Shown piece by piece: positions 26,396-33,061 of a stretch of DNA of 33,061 nt. The translations under genes were made by a program, and so were the position numbers. The DNA is from Candidatus Thorarchaeota archaeon (GTDB taxonomy: Archaea; Asgardarchaeota; Thorarchaeia; Thorarchaeales; Thorarchaeaceae), in NCBI GenBank assembly GCA_048882325.1, contig JBHLRS010000032.1, positions 1-33,061 of the forward strand, written 5' to 3'. The notes beneath the pieces were generated by a model, which was not told where the DNA came from, made no database searches, and was given only the letters and a program-made list of their open reading frames with translations. Every line of letters begins with the position of its first letter. Positions within the stretch are counted from its first letter, which is position 1.

Positions 26396-27808
26396 TCATC
26401 CACGTCCCTTGTGCTGAAGTTTCATTCTCTCATCCATGATGCATTTGTCGCCTTTTCGACCCCCCATGGGATTTCGGATTGTACCCATTGAGTTCATGCA
26501 TCTTGCAGCAACTGCAGCTCCCATTGCTAGTCCATCCTCAACGAAGAGAATGTCATGCGAATCCACCCATAATTCACCATTGGTCTGTCTAAGGTTTCCA
26601 ACAATCAGGTTGGGTTTCTGACCAGTTATGATTGACCGCCCTGTTAGACCCAATGATGTATTGTCCAATATGAGACCTTCAATCTCAACAATTTTGAGTA
26701 GACTTTGTACAATTTCAGCCATTACATGGTCAATAACACCAAGAAGCATATTTGCTCCTAGTTCATCAACGGTATCTTTGCCCAGTTGCTCTAATTCCTT
26801 AAGCCGTGACCCGTTTGAACCGACGTCTACTCCTACCAAGACTATCCCAGACTCTTTTGCAGCTTTGCCATTTACTGGAACAGTGCCAAAGCGCTTGTCG
26901 GTTTCTTGAACTCTTTCTATACGAATTAGATCATCGAACCACTCATTCACAATCTTGGTTTTACTTGGTCGTATTGATTGAGGTATGTCCAAGACTGATC
27001 CATTTTCCTCGGGAACCAATCCAGTTTTTCGCACTAATGCGTCAGGAATTGCTCCAGCCAATCCTACAAAAGACCCAATTGTCTTTGCATATGGAAACCC
27101 ATCGTCTGTGATTCTTCCCGCTAGAGTAGTGCCAAAATCAAGTGTCAATACTGGATTCCTAAAGTCGATAGTGGTGCTCTTGGCAGCACCCTTGATACCT
27201 GCTGTTACGAGCTCGCCCTCCATTTCATTGGCCACAATCGAGGTGTCTGATGGTGGAAGAGAACTTGCCACTGCACCATCGAAATAGACCTTTTTGAGCC
27301 AAGTGAAGTCTTGCAGTCCAGGAGGAAGATTTTCTGGGACAAGCGATGCTGTCATCTTTCTTGGCGGAACCCCAGCGTTCAGACAACCATCCGCAAGTGC
27401 TTGTACAATCATTCCAACCTCTTCTGGTTTACTGAATCCTGCGGAGACTCCGGTTGACCTAACAACAAAATGCAGATCTTTGTCAATGTCAAGTCTCGCA
27501 CGCGTCATGACAGTTGTAAGCACATTGGTGATCATTTCAGACACAGATTCTCGAGTTAAACCAACACCAAAGATGGTTCTCCCAAACACATACTCGTTAG
27601 GCTTTGGAGGTCGGACATTCCTCGTCATCCGAACATCCTTTTCTATCTCATAGATTTCTGCTGTTTCAAGATTCGTTGTAGTTAGAATGCACTTCGTGGT
27701 AGTATTCCCGAGCTCTATTGATGCAACAGTGTAGAAGGGACCTTTACGGATTGATGACACCCCAATTGAACGAGGTTTAACAACCCGGTCTTTCTTCAAT
27801 AACACCAA
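26396..27808 (-). CDS. Methanogenesis marker protein 14 (DUF2114-like)
   Basis: FYTVASIELGNTTTKCIL, FVVRSTGV, ANEMEGELVTAGIK, DFRNP...DFGTTLAGRI, DGLAMGAAV.ARCMNS.G...NP.GG; adjacent to mtrH. Confidence 0.88.
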   Translation of the reverse strand: MVLLKKDRVVKPRSIGVSSIRKGPFYTVASIELGNTTTKCILTTTNLETAEIYEIEKDVRMTRNVRPPKPNEYVFGRTIFGVGLTRESVSEMITNVLTTVMTRARLDIDKDLHFVVRSTGVSAGFSKPEEVGMIVQALADGCLNAGVPPRKMTASLVPENLPPGLQDFTWLKKVYFDGAVASSLPPSDTSIVANEMEGELVTAGIKGAAKSTTIDFRNPVLTLDFGTTLAGRITDDGFPYAKTIGSFVGLAGAIPDALVRKTGLVPEENGSVLDIPQSIRPSKTKIVNEWFDDLIRIERVQETDKRFGTVPVNGKAAKESGIVLVGVDVGSNGSRLKELEQLGKDTVDELGANMLLGVIDHVMAEIVQSLLKIVEIEGLILDNTSLGLTGRSIITGQKPNLIVGNLRQTNGELWVDSHDILFVEDGLAMGAAVAARCMNSMGTIRNPMGGRKGDKCIMDERMKLQHKGRG

Positions 27809-27815
27809 CTCCGTT

Positions 27816-28751
27816 TTAGACTAGCTTTTTGAATGGATGACCATCAGGGGGACTTACACCAAACTCACGCTCTGATGACTCAGCTATGAAAACATCTCCC
27901 AGTGCAATGACAGGAAAGACTCGTTCTGCGTTCTCAATTGGGCCATAGAGAACAAAATCAGCACCCATCATCTGTACAATGAGATTTGAAGCGGCGTCCA
28001 CAGTTAGGAATCCGTCCCGATTGGACTTCTTGTACTTGCGGAGCCAAGACCATGACGATGGTGCATTATGAACACCTGACCCAGTAGGATGGCCGTATAC
28101 TGTTTTTGAAACGAAAGTGAAAGCAGCAGCAGACCCAGCTCCAGCCCCAATTGCAGTCACTGCAGTATCAATCAAAGGCTTGGTTACACCCAGCTCTCTA
28201 GCGATTTCGAGAAGTCCCTTATCCAGGGTTAATACACCATCTTCCAAGACCGCTCTCCTTCCAGCAATAGAGGGGTCCTGAGGGTTGAAGGCAAGAAGCA
28301 GTGCACAGTCATGTTGTATCTCTCGAAGTGCTTCGATCTCTTCAGCTGTTGCAGATACATTAAGTGAGTTGTATATTGCACGATCGAGAAGTCCAACCTC
28401 TTCAGCGTGTTGCAAACCAGCAATTCGGACCATTGGCTCTGTAGAGTCAACAAGAAAAGGTGCGTCGGTCAAGTCGGTGACAAAATCAATGTAGGTCCTT
28501 AAGGCTACTTCCGACTCAGAGAATATTTGAACTAGTGCGGGATTCCCGGTAATCTCAGACATCTCATCCTGCCTATGAATAAGCTGAGAGGCATTCTTCT
28601 TGTCAAAAAGACCTTTTTTTGGATCAGTAACTAATTTATGACCACTGTAAAAGATTGTCCCGGCAAGGACCGTCGGAGTTTCTCCAGGGTTCCCTCCGAT
28701 TCTGACACCTCCAATGTTGTGTATCAACTGCTCTTTTTCAAATACAAACAT
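27816..28751 (-). CDS. mtrH: Methyl-tetrahydromethanopterin methyltransferase subunit H
   Basis: MFVFEKEQ, GGNPGETPTVLAGTIFY.GH, PFLVDST, IYNSLN, GSGVHNAPSSW, GADFVLYGPIENA. Confidence 0.93.
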   Translation of the reverse strand: MFVFEKEQLIHNIGGVRIGGNPGETPTVLAGTIFYSGHKLVTDPKKGLFDKKNASQLIHRQDEMSEITGNPALVQIFSESEVALRTYIDFVTDLTDAPFLVDSTEPMVRIAGLQHAEEVGLLDRAIYNSLNVSATAEEIEALREIQHDCALLLAFNPQDPSIAGRRAVLEDGVLTLDKGLLEIARELGVTKPLIDTAVTAIGAGAGSAAAFTFVSKTVYGHPTGSGVHNAPSSWSWLRKYKKSNRDGFLTVDAASNLIVQMMGADFVLYGPIENAERVFPVIALGDVFIAESSEREFGVSPPDGHPFKKLV

Positions 28752-28756
28752 GTATC

Positions 28757-29443
28757 CTAAACCTCCCTTCCAAAGAGAACTGTACCAGCCTCGTCAACTA
28801 GCACCTCGATGACTGTTTTCGAGGGGGTCTCGGACACCATAGCATTTGCTCGCTGGTGCATCACTAGAAAACTGAAGGCATCTAGTATAACTCCATATTC
28901 TGGAAGGATTATCACATCAGCTCCCATAGATCGCCTTGACGATTTCTTTGTGGTTACCTTAAACTCAACCCACATTGCGCCTTCAGAGAATTCACCAGGA
29001 TTTTTGAAACTCAACTCATGCGCTTTGGCTCCGATTTTCGTAGAATCATTTGTGTTAATCATATCAATTAACTCAACCTGCTTTCTGAACTGTTCTATTC
29101 CTTCAAGTGGGATGTTCTCGATGTATGGAATAGCACCTTCGGCATCGAGTATCTTCCTTGTTTCAGGATCTACTCCATTTTGATAGAGTGCTTTCAATGA
29201 TCGACCTGTAAGGTGACCAGGAACTTCTGGTCCTGACAGAATTAGATATCGAATGTATGGATTAGAAATGACATTGATAATGATACGTTCGATTCCGATG
29301 TTCTCAGTCTTGCAAGTTCCAATGATGGCATACTCTGTGTCGACGTGAATCTTCTTTCCAAGAGTACAAATCGCAACGCAATGAGAAGGATTACCGACCT
29401 CGAAGTCTCCTGAGATTGGGGGCCATTCGCGATTTCCACTCAT
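28757..29443 (-). CDS. mtrA: Corrinoid protein MtrA/MtxA-like, without membrane anchor
   Basis: WPPISGDF.VG.P, GTCKTENIGIE, SNPYIR, EVPGHLTG (His ligand), GAIPYIEN. Start moved to ATG 29443; the longer ORF overlaps the upstream mtrH. Confidence 0.92.
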   Translation of the reverse strand: MSGNREWPPISGDFEVGNPSHCVAICTLGKKIHVDTEYAIIGTCKTENIGIERIIINVISNPYIRYLILSGPEVPGHLTGRSLKALYQNGVDPETRKILDAEGAIPYIENIPLEGIEQFRKQVELIDMINTNDSTKIGAKAHELSFKNPGEFSEGAMWVEFKVTTKKSSRRSMGADVIILPEYGVILDAFSFLVMHQRANAMVSETPSKTVIEVLVDEAGTVLFGREV

Positions 29444-29459
29444 ATTCTCTTTCACACCC

Positions 29460-30377
29460 CTATTCGTGAGTTGGAGGATCAAATAGCCTTCTGTCAATAT
29501 CCAGAGCACTATTTGCCTCAGCTATGGCTGTAGCCATAGCATTTGCTGTCAGAGCTACAGCTGTAAATACTTCCTTCGTATGAATCATGGATCCATACAT
29601 TACAGAGTCTGCAGCGAAAAGCTGAGCTGCAACTATGGAGGCAACAAGAGCAGCAACCTTGGTGGATTCATCGTCTAAACCAGGGCGCTTTATGAATTTC
29701 CAAGCGGAGGGAGCATTGTGGGGTCCTAGACATGTTGGTAGGCCCAGCTCAGATTTAATGGCCATTGTCGTCCTGTATTCAAGACCGTGACCAGCTCCGA
29801 CTGGCATTGTTGCGGGATCGATTAGAATCTTGTTAATCTTTAATGACTCAGCAAATGTGAGCGAATCACGTATTGTTTCCATTCTATCAGGTAGTGAAGT
29901 TGCTCGAGGCGACCATCCCAAAATAACTGCCATGTTTATTGAGCTATCCTTCAGGACTCGTTTCTCTTCCTCTTTCATAGAGAGATTGATAGAATTATAT
30001 ATCACTCTCTCAACGAGTCCGGTTTCTTCACAATACTCAATGGCTCTGATTCGCGCTTTGGCATTTGTTGACTCGAACATGAAAGGACCCTCGAAATTGT
30101 CAGCTAACCAAGAGAGATGCTTTACCATCGCAGCTGGGGTTCTGCCATAGGCTTGTATGACAAGAGGATGACCAGTCTTCTCCACCATGGATATGCCTGT
30201 GTCTATCCACATCTTCGTGGTCTTCTTATCAAATACACCCTCTCTAGTATCCTTCATTATTGGTTGACCTTTGAAGAATAGGCCACCAATTAGAACGGTA
30301 GGGTTCTCTCCAGGATGTCCACCGATTGTCACTCCTCCGAAATCAAATGCTTGTTGTTCTCTCTTGAATACAAACAT
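29460..30377 (-). CDS. mtrH: Second, divergent MtrH-family methyltransferase
   Basis: MFVFKREQ, GGHPGENPTVL, IYNSIN, GPHNAPSAW, YG; divergent at PFMFEST (versus PFLVDST in the other copy). Confidence 0.85.
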   Translation of the reverse strand: MFVFKREQQAFDFGGVTIGGHPGENPTVLIGGLFFKGQPIMKDTREGVFDKKTTKMWIDTGISMVEKTGHPLVIQAYGRTPAAMVKHLSWLADNFEGPFMFESTNAKARIRAIEYCEETGLVERVIYNSINLSMKEEEKRVLKDSSINMAVILGWSPRATSLPDRMETIRDSLTFAESLKINKILIDPATMPVGAGHGLEYRTTMAIKSELGLPTCLGPHNAPSAWKFIKRPGLDDESTKVAALVASIVAAQLFAADSVMYGSMIHTKEVFTAVALTANAMATAIAEANSALDIDRRLFDPPTHE

Positions 30378-30388
30378 GATACTTCACC

Positions 30389-31315
30389 TCATTTAGGTCT
30401 TGGAAACAGCTTGGCACCCCTAACAAGTTCGACGATACTTTCAGTCCATCCAACACCCATCAAATGAACACCATTGATTCCATTGATTTTTCTGACATTT
30501 TCTATTGTTTCCAATGCGATTCTAATCCCTTCACGTTGCATTGATGCTAGACTCTCCTCCTCATCAAGACCCTTCCCAGCATTTTCAATCCTTTTTATTA
30601 TCTCGCTAGGGATTGAGATCTCTGGAATCTGAGTGTGCATGAAGTTCGCCATTTCGGAATCTTTCAGTGGAATTATTCCAGCTAGTACTTTTAAGTCCAA
30701 ATCAGAGGTTTGCCTCATAAAATCCTTCAAGTTCTCAGTTTCAAAGATAGCTTGGGTCTGAAAGAACTGAGCTCCAGCATTTAGCTTCTTTTCTGTTAGT
30801 TGTATTTGTTCATCAAAAGAACTGGCACTAGGATTGAAAGTAGCCCCAATGAAAAACTCTGGAACTCCTTGAAGCTCCTCGCCTGCAAAATCAAATCCTT
30901 CTCGAAGATTGGCAGTAAGCTGAAGCGCACTTATTGTATCTAGATCATAGACGACCTTAGCGTCAGGGTGTGTTCCAAATTGAGCGTGATCACCTGCAAT
31001 GAACAAGACGTTTCTGATACCAAGTGCAAATGCTCCATAGAGTTCACTTTGGATTGAGAGTCGATTTCTGTCTCTTGTTGTCAGATGCATTATAGGTTCT
31101 GCACCAGTTTGCAAGACGTAGTGTGCACATACGGTACTACTCATTGTTGGCACACCACGAGCATTATCGGGTACATTGATTGCATCACAGTAATCTCTCA
31201 CCATCTCGGTTCGTTCTACTAAGAGAGTAGAGTCTGCTCCATGTGGAGCTCCTATTTCAGCAGTGACGACAAACTCTCCATTGTTGAGCAGACGTTTGAG
31301 CCGGGTTTCAGTCAG
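30389..31315 (-). CDS. metF: Methylenetetrahydrofolate reductase (MetF family); probable CTG start
   Basis: DAINVPDN, EPIMHLTTRDRNR, GIRNVL.IAGD, GAQFFQTQ, GVHLM. Conserved N-terminus EFVVTAEIGAP lies upstream of the ORF-track start, in frame back to CTG 31315. Confidence 0.9.
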   Translation of the reverse strand: MTETRLKRLLNNGEFVVTAEIGAPHGADSTLLVERTEMVRDYCDAINVPDNARGVPTMSSTVCAHYVLQTGAEPIMHLTTRDRNRLSIQSELYGAFALGIRNVLFIAGDHAQFGTHPDAKVVYDLDTISALQLTANLREGFDFAGEELQGVPEFFIGATFNPSASSFDEQIQLTEKKLNAGAQFFQTQAIFETENLKDFMRQTSDLDLKVLAGIIPLKDSEMANFMHTQIPEISIPSEIIKRIENAGKGLDEEESLASMQREGIRIALETIENVRKINGINGVHLMGVGWTESIVELVRGAKLFPRPK

Positions 31316-31380
31316 TTTTCAGATCTCCCAATGTTCTTATCGTGTGTGACAGTTGCTACCCTAAATTGGTTTTGCTGAAA

Positions 31381-32667
31381 TCAGATATCTATCCTTGACA
31401 TCTCACCATCAGGATGAGTTCGGATGAATTTCTCAGCTACCTCGGTGCTAAGACTTGCGGTAATTTCGATATTTGTGCCAACGTACTCCTCAGATTCTAC
31501 ATCACCGTTATTATATAACCAAGAGAGCGCTGACATTCCCTCATTCCCGTATGAGAGAACAATACGAAATCTTTGCAATCGAGGTAGTTTTTCCTCAACT
31601 GCAGACATCAACTGGTCCAGATTAGTCCGTTTTTCTGCAGAAATTGGAATAACTACTGAACATACACCAGACAGATGTTCCATTCGCTCTGCAATTTCTG
31701 CCTCTTGCAAGAGGTCAATCTTGTTGAGAGCTGTGATCATGGTAATCCCATTTGCTTCAATCTCATTGAAAGTTTCAAGGCATGCGGTTACTTTACGTTC
31801 CATCTCGGTAGTTTCATCAGAAGCATCAACAACCAGAATAATGACGTCAGCATCAGCCACTTCCATAAGAGTAGTGTTAAATGCTTGAAGAAGAGGATCA
31901 GGGAGATCACTGATAAATCCCACAGAGTCTGTGAGGACAACCCGACGGCCAGGCATCTTCAGGTCGCTTGCTTTAGTAGCAAGGGTTGTGAATAGTTCAT
32001 CTGCAACCTCAACTGTAGAGCCGGTGAGAGCTCTATGTAGAGTGCTCTTTCCGGCATTTGTATATCCGGCCAGGGTGAGCTCTATGAATCCCTCATGAAC
32101 ACGCTTCTTCTTCTTGAGTTCTTGCTCGTGTTTGATTTTCTTTAGCTTGTCATTGATGGTCGCAAGGCGACGCCGAATCTGCTGCATTCGTAGATTGAGT
32201 AGATCTTCGCCGGCACCAATCTGTTCAGCAATGGGTCGATCTCCAGTGTGTTCCTTCTGCAGGCGCATTCGGATTTGATGCCGTTCAAAAGGAAGCTCAT
32301 ATCTTAGACGTGCCTGCTCGATCTGCAAACGGGCTTGTGGTGTCCTTGCATGTCTGTCGAAAATCTCAAGTATGACTTGTGTCCTGTCCCGGACTTCGAT
32401 TTCCCAGAGTTCCATCAGTCTGTATACCTGACCAGAGGAGAGATGAGGTGAAAACAACACAAACTCTGGTTCATTTACCTCTATCCAAGTCTTAATCTCA
32501 TCAGCTTTCCCGGTTCGAATTCCATACTTAGCCGCAGGAGCGCTTACTATGTCAAAAGATCCTATCACATCATAGTCAGCTGTTGTTGCAAGAGCCTGAA
32601 ACTCACTAAGAAGGTCAGGGTCTCGAAATGACCTTCGTTGCACGAGTAAGGCTGTAGCTTCGACCAT
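31381..32667 (-). CDS. hflX: Ribosome-associated GTPase HflX
   Basis: DRTQVILEIF..HA.T..A.LQIE.A.L.YELP, GYTNAGKST, LFTTL, DSVGFI.DLP, AF.TTL.E, NKID. Confidence 0.95.
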   Translation of the reverse strand: MVEATALLVQRRSFRDPDLLSEFQALATTADYDVIGSFDIVSAPAAKYGIRTGKADEIKTWIEVNEPEFVLFSPHLSSGQVYRLMELWEIEVRDRTQVILEIFDRHARTPQARLQIEQARLRYELPFERHQIRMRLQKEHTGDRPIAEQIGAGEDLLNLRMQQIRRRLATINDKLKKIKHEQELKKKKRVHEGFIELTLAGYTNAGKSTLHRALTGSTVEVADELFTTLATKASDLKMPGRRVVLTDSVGFISDLPDPLLQAFNTTLMEVADADVIILVVDASDETTEMERKVTACLETFNEIEANGITMITALNKIDLLQEAEIAERMEHLSGVCSVVIPISAEKRTNLDQLMSAVEEKLPRLQRFRIVLSYGNEGMSALSWLYNNGDVESEEYVGTNIEITASLSTEVAEKFIRTHPDGEMSRIDI

Positions 32668-32763
32668 CGATAGTTTCAGGAAGTGGTCTAGTCTTAAACG
32701 ATTTGATTTTAATCAGAAGGAAAGATTCTTGGCTGATTGTATATGACACCGAGTTGAACACAG

Positions 32764-33061
32764 ATGGCACAGTTTGAGATTCGAGCAAAGGATGGTTTGG
32801 CACGTGTAGGTCGGTTCACAACCAAACATGGCACCGTCAAGACGCCTTTGCTCATGCCGGTTGTTCATCCTGGTAAATCAGTCATCCCATCACAAGCACT
32901 TGTTGATGTGTTTGGGTATCAGATGGTAATCACGAATTCCTACATCATCAATTCCCATGAACGGTTCAGAACCAAAGCGTTGTCAGAGGGAATTCATGCT
33001 CTGTTAGATTTTGATGGACCCATTATGACTGATTCGGGAACATTCCAGATGTATTTTCATA
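32764..33061 (+). CDS. tgtA: Archaeosine tRNA-guanine(15) transglycosylase; runs off the right edge of the window
   Basis: Translated by hand: MAQFEIRAKDGLARVGRFTTKHGTVKTPLLMPVVHP...ITNSYII...GIHALLDFDGPIMTDSGTFQM. Confidence 0.92.
   Translation, partial: MAQFEIRAKDGLARVGRFTTKHGTVKTPLLMPVVHPGKSVIPSQALVDVFGYQMVITNSYIINSHERFRTKALSEGIHALLDFDGPIMTDSGTFQMYFH

Noticed and set aside
26396-30377. Evidence of methanogenesis from mtrA/mtrH/marker 14/cofE
   Set aside because: No mcr or membrane mtr subunits in the window; these genes also occur in non-methanogenic archaea.
4885-32803. Numerous 60-190 aa ORFs antisense to or nested in the called genes
   Set aside because: Shadow ORFs of well-supported genes, with no motifs of their own.
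1-33061. tRNA, rRNA, transposase, integrase, intein or CRISPR-cas genes
   Set aside because: None recognised; intergenic spaces are short, and nrdD and polB2 show no intein-sized insertions.

Overview
Archaeal DNA, most likely an Asgard archaeon (Thorarchaeota-like). The inference rests on two Rab-like GTPases, a roadblock protein, a divergent EF-2 paralogue, PolB2, mtrA/mtrH without other mtr or mcr genes in the window, archaeal thyA and tgtA. Order in the window: (1) an accessory region (1-4600) downstream of the class III ribonucleotide reductase nrdD; (2) a dNTP-synthesis block (nrdD, glutaredoxin-like gene, thyA, Cys-rich Lrp regulator); (3) acetyltransferase and EF-2 paralogue; (4) a signalling/trafficking-like cluster (roadblock, thioredoxin-fold protein, two single-domain KaiC ATPases, large helical protein, Rab, WD40, HEAT+appendage-like protein, Rab); (5) BMP solute-binding protein, PolB2 pair, larC; (6) a C1/methyl-transfer operon (metF, mtrH, mtrA, mtrH, methanogenesis marker 14, cofE); (7) hflX and partial tgtA. 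The main finding, invisible in the ORF track: four degenerate copies of the last 14-24 codons plus stop of nrdD lie downstream of the gene at 774-963 bp spacing, each separated by exactly one cargo gene. They differ mostly at synonymous sites, three begin just after the glycyl-radical RITG motif, and the two distal copies are the most degraded. This looks like a polarised gene-capture array that grows by repeatedly replacing the 3' end of nrdD. Other notable items: a possible split KaiB/KaiC-like module, a coatomer-like Rab-WD40-HEAT/appendage-Rab locus, a soluble MtrH-MtrA-MtrH system, and a metF that appears to need a CTG start. All family assignments are from motif recognition by eye; no searches were run.
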